Assembly (NCBI GenBank): GCA_963827655.1 | Contig: CAWHCF010000036.1 | Location: 96,001-160,000, forward strand | Direction: 5' to 3' | Source of the DNA: an uncultured Acidobacteriota bacterium | GTDB lineage: Bacteria > Acidobacteriota > UBA6911 | Length of the DNA stretch: 64,000 bases | Part shown: positions 20,368 to 29,753 of the stretch, piece by piece | Layout of the letters: each line of letters opens with the position of its first letter | Position numbering within the stretch: the stretch's first letter is position 1 | Program-made: the position numbers and the translations under genes | Notes under the pieces: model-generated | The model's database searches: none | Seen by the model: the letters and a program-made list of their open reading frames with translations, nothing else | What the model was told of the DNA's origin: nothing

Positions 20368-22048
20368 TCAGAACGGCATCCGCAGGAACTGGATGATCTG
20401 ACTGAGAGCGAGAAGCTTCAGCCTGGCATCCGGGAGCGACCGGACGTAAGTTAGTGCGCCGGCGAAGTTATCGCGGGCATACTCGGCAACCAGCATCGCC
20501 TCCAGGTGGTCGGCCGGGCCCGCAGGAAATCGCGTAGGGACCCATGCCTCCTTGGGGAAACGGAACCATGCCTCCTTGGGGGAAGGGACCCCCGGAAACG
20601 CCAAAACCGAAACCCGCAGCCTGCCCCTGTTGTTCTTCCCGCAGGTCGGAGGCCAGGATGAACCCTTCCTTCAGGAGTCCGGGATCTACCTCACCGTCAA
20701 CCATGCGGTAGGCGCGGACGAGCATCTGCAGGTTCGTGGCTCTTCGGGTCTTCGGCTCGATTTTCGGCAGGAGCGCGCGTGCGGCGTCCAGGGCCATCAC
20801 GGCAAGATCCGGATCCTCCCAGTTTACCCGCTGCGCAAACTGGATGAGGGCGTCGGCGCTCGCGGGGTCCTGGGCGATCTCGGCGATTTTCTGGCGGCCC
20901 GCGGCCGGGTCGCGCCGGGCTGCGGTGCGCACTTCGTTATAGAGCTGATTCGAGGGGTGACTGGAGGAGTAGGTGTTCGGACCCGCTGGTCCGCCTGGTG
21001 GCATCCCACCGCCTCCCCAGCTCCGCGAGCCCATTCCTGCGCCGGTTAGGCTGACACGCTGGCCGCTCGAGAAAACCGTATCGATGCCCCCCATCCGATC
21101 GAGCTTTGCCTTCAGATCGGGAGCCTGGGCTATGAACTTCGAGGCAAGATCGAAACGGCCTCCCGACGCCTGGACCGCATTGAGAAGCACCGTTTCCCCG
21201 GCAGTGAGGTCGATGCTCCGCTCACCCACGGTGAGCCGACTGCCTGCCTCCTGGTTCATGCCGGCCGCGCCTCGGGCCAATGACGCGAAGGCCTCGGCTG
21301 CCTTGGCCGGGTCGATTGCCGCCGTGTGCATCATGAGCTGCCCGTACTCGTGCGACTTCTTTATGTCGAGTGTCGATGCGGCCAGGTCGCGAAGGGTCTG
21401 GTCCAGGATCTTTGAGGCTTGCTCCTTGCTACCCGTGGCAGCCAGGTGCTGGGCGATGCGTCCTCGGGCGGCCCAGCTCTCGTCGCCCCCCTCCGCCAGG
21501 AGCGCCGCGGCCCGTTCCGGGTCGCGCATGGCGAGCGTGTTCAGGGCCTGCTGCCGGAACTGCGATTCCATCTCACGCCGGGCAGCCTCGCCCGCCTCGC
21601 CGGCGCGCGACGGGGGCGCCGGCCAGGTTCGGATCAGCTCCTGGGCCCGGTCGAAGTCGATCTCGGAGTAGGCGGATGCAAGCGACTGCGCCGCCTGGGT
21701 CGCGCTCTGGTACCCGCGGGCATCCTCGGCGTTCCCCGCCGCAGTCCGCAGCGCCCGGTAGAGTTCCTCCAGGTTCGGCTTCGCCTCGGGGCGGTTGATC
21801 TGAACCCAGCTCTGGGCAACGGGACCGATCAGCAAGGCGCTTGCCGCATCGACCCGCCGGGCCAGCTCGGTGGCCTCACGAAGGGCGAGGCGCATGTTCT
21901 GGAGCCGCTCGGGCGTGACACGAAGCCGATGGGCGGCGCGCTTGAGCTCGCGAGAGCCCGGCGCCACCACAGCCACCTGGGCCCAAAGTGTCGATGCCAC
22001 AACCAGCACAGCGATTGTGCCCTGGGCGATGGAACGGAAGGTATGCAT
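20368..22048 (-). CDS. Secreted alpha-helical repeat hypothetical protein, frameshift near 20530
   Basis: Signal peptide; Ala-rich helices; Gly/Pro linkers; C-terminus in ORF 20368-20604. Confidence 0.7.
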
Positions 22049-22117
22049 AAGTCTCCTCGGACCGGTAAAACTGATGCCATTATAGACGCCGCCGACTGCC
22101 GTTGTGTTCCGAATCTG

Positions 22118-22290
22118 CTTCCTTGTGTTTCTTTGCGTCTTTGCGTCCTGGTGGCATTTTGTTTAGCTGTCGTACCACGAAGACTCGAAGACTCTAAGGT
22201 TTGTTCGGGGACTTCGCCCTGAACGAAAGCCCCCCTGTGAACGACAACATGCTGGTTTGTACGTTTTACTAAGCGCTAAGAAATACGAAG
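22118..22290. repeat. Complete REPIN-like repeat with nested element B (copy 3, reverse orientation)
   Basis: Left arm, spacer, right arm interrupted by CTAA(22194)-78 bp-CTAA(22276). Confidence 0.88.
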
Positions 22291-24914
22291 ATGACCGAAC
22301 GCCTGCCAATCTACGAAATTGAGAACGAATCATCGCCATGACGGAGGCTGCTCTGCCTATCATTCCCAATCGCGAGAACACGCCTGCCGATCTACGAAAT
22401 CGAGAACGAAATCATCGCCAGATTGAAGGCGGCCAGGCGTCTTGTGCTCCAGGCGCCTACCGGCTCCGGCAAATCCACACAAGTACCTCAGATGCTGCTC
22501 GAACACGGATTGCTCGACAACGGCCGGGTGGTGATTCTCCAGCCACGGCGGCTTGCTGCGCGATTGCTCGCAGCGCGCGTGGCGCGCGAACTGGAGGTGG
22601 AACTTGGGCGTGAGGTCGGTTACCAGGTGCGATTCGAGAATGCGACCAGCGAGGCCACGCGCATCAAGTTCGAAACCGAAGGAATTCTGCTGCGCCAGTT
22701 GATCCAGGATCCGGCCCTCACTCGGAATTCAGGCGTTGATCTTCGACGAGTTCCACGAACGGCATCTCTACGGCGACATTACCCTGGCGCGCGCGCTGGA
22801 CATCCAGGAACAGAGCCGGCCCGACCTGCTCATCATCGTGATGTCCGCCACACTCGATGCAGGGGCGCTGGAAGAGTATCTCTCGCCCTGCGCGGTCCTG
22901 ACCTCTGAAGGGCGGACGTTTCCGGTAAACGTGGACTATCTGCCGCAGTCGACTGGGCAGCAATGCGCCACCCGTATGGGATCTTGCTGCCGATGCATTT
23001 TCAAAATACGCGCGCGCTGGCGACGGCGATGTCCTCATTTTCATGCCGGGCGGATACGAAATCAGCCGGACCATCGAAGCCATCCGACACAAGCGGGAAG
23101 CCAAGGGCTACATTCTTCTCCCCCTGCACGGCGAATTGCCGCCCCGGGATCAGGACGCGGCTGTGGCGCGCTACACTCAGCCGAAAGTTGTGGTCGCAAC
23201 CAATGTCGCCGAGACATCCATTACCATCGACGGCGTGCGGTTGGTGATCGATAGCGGCCTCGCGCGCATCGCGCGCTACGATCCTAATCGCGGGATCAAC
23301 ACCCTGCTGGTGGAACGGATCAGCCGATCCAGTTCCGAGCAGCGGGCCGGTCGCGCAGGACGCACGGCGCCGGGACAGTGTTCGAGGCTTTGGTCGAGGC
23401 CCGAGCAGGAGGAAAGGCCCCAGCAGGAATTGCCTGAGATCAAGCGGCTCGATCTCTCCGAAGTGATCCTTACGCTCAAGGCGACCGGGGTAGAAAACCT
23501 GCGTAAGTTTCGCTGGCTGGAAGCGCCGAGTGACACGGCTCTGAATCATGCCGAGGAGTTGTTGTGCGATCTGGGAGCCCTGGCGCATGAAGCACACCAT
23601 ACCGTGATTACCGAACTCGGCCGCCGCATGCTCGCGTTTCCGGTCCATCCCCGCTACGCTCGCATGTTGCTCGCGGCGCAGGAATATGGCTGCGTTTATC
23701 AGGCGTGTCTCGTGGCGGCGCTGACTCAAGGACGCGACCTGCTTCTGCGGAATCCGAGCAAGGATGTGTCGGCGGCGCGCGAGGATTTGTTTGGCGACAA
23801 GAATTCGTCCGATTTTTGGATTCTCATGCAAGCGTGGAATTACGCCTCGAGGAATCAGTTCCGGATGGATGCTCTTGGCAAGCTCGGCATTCACGGTGTC
23901 ACGGCGCGGCAGGTTGGGCCGCTGCACTCCCAATTCCTGCGAATCGCCCGTGAGGAAGGTCTCGACATCGAGCAGCGCGAGATCAAGGATGAGGCCCTGC
24001 GGAAGTGCATTCTCATTGGTTTCAGCGATCGCGTGGGGCGGATCGATCAGGACACGCGGCGGTGCGAACTTGTGCATGGCCGGAGAGGCACGCTGGCGCG
24101 GGAAAGCGTGGTGCGACAGAGCTCTCTCATCGTGGCGGCGGAGATTCAGGAACTAGGCGGTCGCCCGGGCGAAGTGAATACGATTATCTCCCTTGCCACT
24201 GCGATCGAACTCGAGTGGCTGCGTGAACTTTTTCCGAACGACATGCAGACGGAGGTGCGGGTCGCCTTTGATTCCGCAACCAGGAGGGTACAGGCGCACG
24301 ATTCTCTGCGTTTCCGGGATCTGGTGGTGGCTGCCAGGCGCGTGGAACCGCCGCCGGCCGATGCCGCCGCGCGGTTACTTGCAGAGGAGGTCAGCGCCGG
24401 GCGACTGCGGTTGCCGAACTGGGATCACGGCGTCGAGCAATGGATCCTCAGACTGAATCTGCTCGCGCAATGGTGCCCGGAGCTCGAACTGCCGCCAATT
24501 CGAGTGGAGGACCGGCAACATATCGTCGAGCAGATCTGTCTCGGCGCACTGGGCTACAAGGATATTAAAGACCGGGACGTGAAGCCCGTGGTCAAATCCT
24601 GGCTTTCGGCCAGTCAACGTGCACTGCTCGACAAGCACGCGCCCGAGCGGGTCACTCTTCCCAACGGACGGACGCCCAAGGTGGCTTACGAGGCATCCGG
24701 GCCGCCCTATATTTCATTGCGAATACAGGAACTGTTCGGCGTGACAACAACCCCCAGAATTGCGCTGGGCCGGGTGGCGCTCAGCGTCCACATTCTGGCC
24801 CCAAGCATGCGACCCGTGCAGGTTACCCAGGACCTGGCGAACTTCTGGCGCGAACATTACCCTCGGCTTAAGTCCGAGCTGCAAAGGAAGTATCCCAAGC
24901 ATGAGTGGCGCTGA
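22291..24914 (+). CDS. hrpB: ATP-dependent RNA helicase HrpB, with frameshifts and a duplicated 5' end
   Basis: APTGSGKST, QPRRLAAR, DEFHER, MSAT, TNVAETSITIDG, QRAGRAGR, RKYPKHEW spread over ORFs 22423, 22736 and 23043. Confidence 0.9.
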
Positions 24915-24982
24915 TCAGGGATCAGGATGTGCGACATTTCTTCGCGCGCACTTGAATTCGGGGAGTGCTCCTACCAGTGGGT

Positions 24983-26260
24983 TCATTTGTTCGACGTGTT
25001 TTTTTTCTCGAAAATGAGGGCATCAATAGTAACCGAGTGAGCCGCAGCCCGATTCGCAGGTTTTGCCAGAATCGACTCTGCGCGTGCCTCCATATCCTTG
25101 GCCTCGAGCTTTCGCCCCATTTCCCGAAGGACAACAGCGTAGTAGCTCAGACTCCTGGCCACGTCGGGGTGTTCAGGTCCCAGGGCGCTCTCCTGGATCT
25201 CCAGCGCTGCCCGCAAACATCGTTCAGATTCGGAGAACCGGCCTGAGTCGTAATAGACAGACCCTAAGCTGACAAAAATGGTTGCGATTTGAGGGTGCGT
25301 GCGCCCCAAGACTTTCTCCCCGATGGACTTCGCTCTGAGGTAAAGTGTTTCTGCGTCAACCAGACCTCCTCTCTCATAGACGAGCGTCGCCAGGTTGTTC
25401 AGAATGGCGACAATGTCCGGATGCTCGGGCCCAAGACTCTTCTCCTTAATCTTCAGTGCTTTCTGGTAGTACGATTCCGCCTGTGCGAGATCCCCTTGCG
25501 CGTGCCGAACCGCAGCCAGATTGTTCAGACATGGGGCAACGTCGGGATGGTCCGCGCCCAGTGCATTCTCGCGAATAGCCAGGGCCCGCCGGTAGAGCTT
25601 CTCGGCCTCGGGATAAAGTTTCTGGAGTCGATAAAGCTCACCCAGATTGATTAAACTCTGGCTTAGCCTTGGATCATGCAGCCCCGGAGCGTTTTCAAAA
25701 ATCGAAATGGCGCGCCGGAGCATGCTCTTCGCTTTCGCATACTGGCCCTGAGTGCTGTAAAGCAGGGCCAGGTTGTTGAGACTTTCCGCGACGTCCGCAT
25801 GGTCTGCCCCATGAATTTTCTCCCGGAGAGCGAGGGCTTGCCGGAAGAGTGGCTCCGCCTGGGCGTATTGGCCCTGGTCGTAAGCCAGGGCCGCCAGATT
25901 ATTGAGCGTGGTCGCAACATCCCTGTCTTCTTTACCCCGAGTCGCCTGCAGAATTCCCAGGACGCGCCGATAAAGCGCCTCAGCCTCACCGTATTTGGAT
26001 TGGGCTTGATAAACTGCTGCCAGGTCATTCAGGGTGCTGAGTAACCGCGGATCCCCCTCCCCAAACGTTCGAGCCTCCTCAAGGGCAATCAAGTAGCTTC
26101 TTTCGGCTTCGGCGAATCTTCCTTGCGCCGTGAATTTCTTGCCGTCATTCATGGATTCCTGCCAGAAGCTTTCCTGCGCCGCGATTGTCAAAGCGGCGAA
26201 GGCGAGATAGAAGCCTCCCCGCAGCAAAAAGCATCCCAAGAGGGCCTTGGAGCTCATCAT
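24983..26260 (-). CDS. Secreted tetratricopeptide-repeat protein
   Basis: Repeated LGxDHPDVAxxLNNLA kinesin-light-chain-type TPRs. Confidence 0.9.
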   Translation of the reverse strand: MMSSKALLGCFLLRGGFYLAFAALTIAAQESFWQESMNDGKKFTAQGRFAEAERSYLIALEEARTFGEGDPRLLSTLNDLAAVYQAQSKYGEAEALYRRVLGILQATRGKEDRDVATTLNNLAALAYDQGQYAQAEPLFRQALALREKIHGADHADVAESLNNLALLYSTQGQYAKAKSMLRRAISIFENAPGLHDPRLSQSLINLGELYRLQKLYPEAEKLYRRALAIRENALGADHPDVAPCLNNLAAVRHAQGDLAQAESYYQKALKIKEKSLGPEHPDIVAILNNLATLVYERGGLVDAETLYLRAKSIGEKVLGRTHPQIATIFVSLGSVYYDSGRFSESERCLRAALEIQESALGPEHPDVARSLSYYAVVLREMGRKLEAKDMEARAESILAKPANRAAAHSVTIDALIFEKKNTSNK

Positions 26261-26465
26261 CGGTTCCCCCGCTCGTTTGCCGCGCTTTTTTCCTGGGCCC
26301 GGCTGAAGAGTGCCGGACCCGTATAGAAAACGGGCGGCACAGAGGCCCTACACTGCTGTTTAGCGATTGGGCTCCACAAGTGAGAGGGGGTAATCTAACG
26401 GTGAACTCACGTCGAAGCAGCGGGTCTATGTTGTTCCAAGGTCGTAAGATGAGGTTGGAGTAAAT

Positions 26466-26740
26466 ATGGACCGCACTGTACTGCCGGCGAGTAGTACGGA
26501 CCGGCCTGCTGACGTCTCGCAACCGATCTCAGTTGAAGCAATGCGAATGCAGCTTGAAAAGATTCTGGCCAGGCGGCCGGTCGGACCGGCAAGGAATGTG
26601 CATCATTTTCACAGCGTCGCGCGTCGTTCGTTATTCAAAGTCAATTCGGGTTACCTGGGAATGTCTCTCACGCGCGACCAGCTCGTCTTCAGCATGGGCG
26701 AGATTACCGGCAACATTTGGATGGCGGAATTTGGGAGCGG
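26466..26740 (+). pseudogene. Internally deleted paralogue of 9775-12108
   Basis: ISVEAMRMQLEKILA fused directly to RPVG...GMSLTRDQLVFSMGEITGNIWMAE, matching both termini of the 777-aa protein. Confidence 0.85.
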
Positions 26741-26780
26741 TCACGCGGCCAGATCGCTGACTCACCGTCGCAGCGGACAG

Positions 26781-26840
26781 GATTCTGGCGTTTCTTGGTG
26801 TCTTCGCGTCTTGGCGGTATTTTTTCCGCAGCACAAACCA
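26781..26840. repeat. REP arm, spacer S2, truncated second arm
   Basis: gattctggcgtttcttggtgtcttcgcgtcttggcggtattttttccgcagcacaaaccac. Confidence 0.8.
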
Positions 26841-26881
26841 CCTGAGAATCCGAAGAAGACTTGGTTGGGGCCGGTGGCTTC

Positions 26882-28438
26882 CTACTCAGACGGCTTCGGG
26901 GCCAGGTCTCCAAAGAGATCGGTGTACAGAGCCTCCACGCGAGTTGCTTCTTCCTCGGTCAGCGCTTGAAACTCCTTCTCACGAGCGCGTCTTGACAGAT
27001 GTCCACCGCCTTGCGCGAGAAACCCGCGAAGCCGATCGACTTCCCGGTCCGGCATCTCGACAATCTCCTTTACCGCTGCCGAGAATTTGTCGAATCTTTC
27101 CAGGAAATGGACTTCTTCCGGGAGATCGTGCTCCACGGTCTGCTCGACGCATGAATAGAGAAATTCGGCATGCGCGGTTGCGTCGAAATAGCGATAGTAA
27201 TCGGCTGTGTCGTTCATGACTTCCACGTTGCCATCCGTTGTGGCGCGCCATTCGATGAACGGCAAAAGGGCCGCCGAGTACGACTCGAGCACAGCTCGAT
27301 ACTCATCGAGCCGCCGAAGAATGGCCGCACTGATCGGAAACACGATGCCGGGCGGGTTGTACCCCGCCGTGGCGAGCACGTGATGAATCAGCCACCGATG
27401 CAGGCGGCCATTGCCATCGACGAACGGATGGACGTAGACAAATCCGAACGCCATGGCGGCAGCGGCAGCAACGGTATCAACACCACCCGAGAGTGAACGG
27501 CCATCATATTCAATAATGCCGCCGAGCAGATCTCTGAGATCCTGCGGCCGCGCGCTGATGTGGTTAGGGACGGGTTCCTGTGTGTCCCTGTCGTGTGTCC
27601 CGACGAATCCGTTTTGATCGCGGAGTCCGAGCTTCACAAAGCGTGCATCGCCAATGACGATACGCTGAAGCCGTTCCAATTCGTCGATCGTGATCGGGCG
27701 AACACCCGCCTCGCCAATCGCGCGGGCCCACCGCGCGGCTCGGGCGCTTGACGGACGTTCACCCTCGATCGCGAAGGAGGATTTTGAGTCGCTGAGAAGA
27801 AGAAATGCCGCGGCCCTTGTAACGAGGTCCCTTCGTGTCCGACCGATGATTTCGTGGGCGCGGGAGTCGAGTCCTTTCGCGACGGCTGCTCTAAGCGCGG
27901 GCGTCCATCGAATCATGGGACAAAAGCCGCGCGTTCCAGGCAGATTGTCGATTATCTTGTGGCGCGACGATCGTGCGCCCTTCTTGAGAGCGACCTGCTG
28001 TTCCGGGTCGACGATTGCTATAACGCGAACCTTGCCAGGATCTGGCAGGTCGAGCTCACGTCCGGTAAGCCACTCATAGAGAAACCAGATCCTGCGCGCG
28101 AAAGCTCCCGTTGGCGTTGCCCGTACAACAGCGGCGACCTCTTTGGGCTCCACGACCTTGAAGAGAGCTGCCAGGACACCGAGAGCGACACCTTCCCACT
28201 TCAATGCGAAGACGAGCTGTCCCCCGAGCGTATCGGGAGGACGATGACGCGGTGTCAGGAACTGCCAGGACGGGTTCGGTGCAGGGTGGTGTCGCTCGGC
28301 AATGGCGGTCAGCCGGGGAGGCATGGGAACTGCCAGGTCGAAGCGTTCTATGAGTGCGGCATAACCTGCGGGAATCCCAGGTTCAGACAGCGGTCGTCCG
28401 TGAAAATGATTCACCAGCTGCGAAGGCCAATCACTCAT
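26882..28438 (-). CDS. Fic-domain protein
   Basis: HPFVDGNGRLHR Fic motif; SSFAIEGE. Confidence 0.9.
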   Translation of the reverse strand: MSDWPSQLVNHFHGRPLSEPGIPAGYAALIERFDLAVPMPPRLTAIAERHHPAPNPSWQFLTPRHRPPDTLGGQLVFALKWEGVALGVLAALFKVVEPKEVAAVVRATPTGAFARRIWFLYEWLTGRELDLPDPGKVRVIAIVDPEQQVALKKGARSSRHKIIDNLPGTRGFCPMIRWTPALRAAVAKGLDSRAHEIIGRTRRDLVTRAAAFLLLSDSKSSFAIEGERPSSARAARWARAIGEAGVRPITIDELERLQRIVIGDARFVKLGLRDQNGFVGTHDRDTQEPVPNHISARPQDLRDLLGGIIEYDGRSLSGGVDTVAAAAAMAFGFVYVHPFVDGNGRLHRWLIHHVLATAGYNPPGIVFPISAAILRRLDEYRAVLESYSAALLPFIEWRATTDGNVEVMNDTADYYRYFDATAHAEFLYSCVEQTVEHDLPEEVHFLERFDKFSAAVKEIVEMPDREVDRLRGFLAQGGGHLSRRAREKEFQALTEEEATRVEALYTDLFGDLAPKPSE

Positions 28439-28688
28439 CGTTCTCTCAGCGAAAAATCGTCATCACAAGCCGAGCCGACTAGTCTCAGAAGTGCGAATTT
28501 GTTTCACCATTTGCGACATACTATCACAATTGTCGATGAACGCGAAAATAGTTCACCGAGTGGTGTCCGGAACGATCAATGAGGGGAAGGATCGCGAATG
28601 AGGGTCTTTTGATAAGGGTGGAGGAAGCGCCGACAGAACCACTCAACTGGCTGGCGGACGCGGGAGCGCTACTCGGTTGAGAGAACAG

Positions 28689-29651
28689 CTACATTTCACA
28701 GGCACGCATCACGGTTTCCTGCACAAGCAGGTCTTCCTCCGGCGTCACCGAAAGCGGTTTCTTCAACCGCACCGCCTCTTCCAGCTCCGCGAAGTCGTCC
28801 ACGAAGCGGCGGTAGGAACGCACGGACACCGTCTGCATCCCCTCCTGGTACGGTCCGGCAGCCTTTGCCAGGTCGATCGCCAGCGCCGGAGGTTCGATGG
28901 GCCGCACCACGGCCGTGCCGTTCGTCCCCAGAATCTCGAAGAACCGGTGCGGCCAGGCATTCGGCTGCAGTACCGCGGCGGTGATGATGGCCAGCGCCCG
29001 CGGATATTCCAGTACCGCTACCGTGTTGTCCATCAGCCGATCGTCAAACCGTCCGTGGCTGCGCAGGAATGGCGTCACCTTCTGCGGGCGCCCCAGGAGG
29101 CGCGCCGTGATGTCGATGATGTGCGAACCTTGCTCGAACATCTGCCCGCCTTTGAAGCGCGCCCATTCAGCCCGTGCCCGGGGCGCCACCAGCGTGTTCA
29201 TGGTGCCGCGCACAACGTAGATCTCGCCCAGCCACCCCTTGCGCCCGGCCTCGAGCGCTGCGTTGATGGCCGGATTGTAGCGCCACATGTACCCCATCTG
29301 AAGCAGCAGGTGCTTGCGCTGCGCGGCGTCCACCATGGAGCGGAACACCGCCAGGCGGTCGGCCGGTGGTTTTTCCAGGTGCACGTGCTTGCCTGCTTCG
29401 AGAGCCGCCTCGCCGTCGCGGTTGTGGTCGCGCACCTCGGATTCCACGGCGATCACCTGGATAGAGGAATCGTTCAGCACCTGGGCGCGCGAAAGCAGCG
29501 GGATGCCCGCTTTCTCATACGGCGCCCGGAACTCCGGATCGTCTTCGCTCACCCCCATCAGCTCCCAGCGTGGATTCTCCATGACCACTTTCGCTTTGTC
29601 GAAAGCGTGCGAGTGGCTGCCACCCAGAAATGCGATGCGGGTCCGATCCAT
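28689..29651 (-). CDS. Gfo/Idh/MocA oxidoreductase
   Basis: AGKHVHLEKP, GYMWRYNP, GGQMFEQGSHIID; the ORF extension to 29729 is repeat-derived. Confidence 0.88.
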   Translation of the reverse strand: MDRTRIAFLGGSHSHAFDKAKVVMENPRWELMGVSEDDPEFRAPYEKAGIPLLSRAQVLNDSSIQVIAVESEVRDHNRDGEAALEAGKHVHLEKPPADRLAVFRSMVDAAQRKHLLLQMGYMWRYNPAINAALEAGRKGWLGEIYVVRGTMNTLVAPRARAEWARFKGGQMFEQGSHIIDITARLLGRPQKVTPFLRSHGRFDDRLMDNTVAVLEYPRALAIITAAVLQPNAWPHRFFEILGTNGTAVVRPIEPPALAIDLAKAAGPYQEGMQTVSVRSYRRFVDDFAELEEAVRLKKPLSVTPEEDLLVQETVMRACEM

Positions 29652-29653
29652 GC

Positions 29654-29713
29654 GTCTAACAAATGACCACGAAGAACTCACAAGACACGAAGAAACACCA
29701 AGAGTCTTTGCCA
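29654..29713. repeat. Partial spacer S1 plus REP arm
   Basis: gtctaacaaatgaccacgaagaactcacaagacacgaagaaacaccaagagtctttgcca. Confidence 0.82.
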
Positions 29714-29753
29714 AAAAACAAGCAGTCACTCTTAGCCTGGCGCCCGCGCTCGC

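Noticed and set aside
20542-20582. 24-bp tandem duplication encoding FPQGGM twice
   Set aside because: Ordinary low-complexity linker expansion within a gene.
22700-23050. Frameshifts in hrpB, GH20, the receptors, NHL, cytochrome c and DUF169 as programmed frameshifting or true pseudogenes
   Set aside because: Widespread single-base indels in otherwise intact genes fit long-read consensus error; this cannot be resolved without reads.
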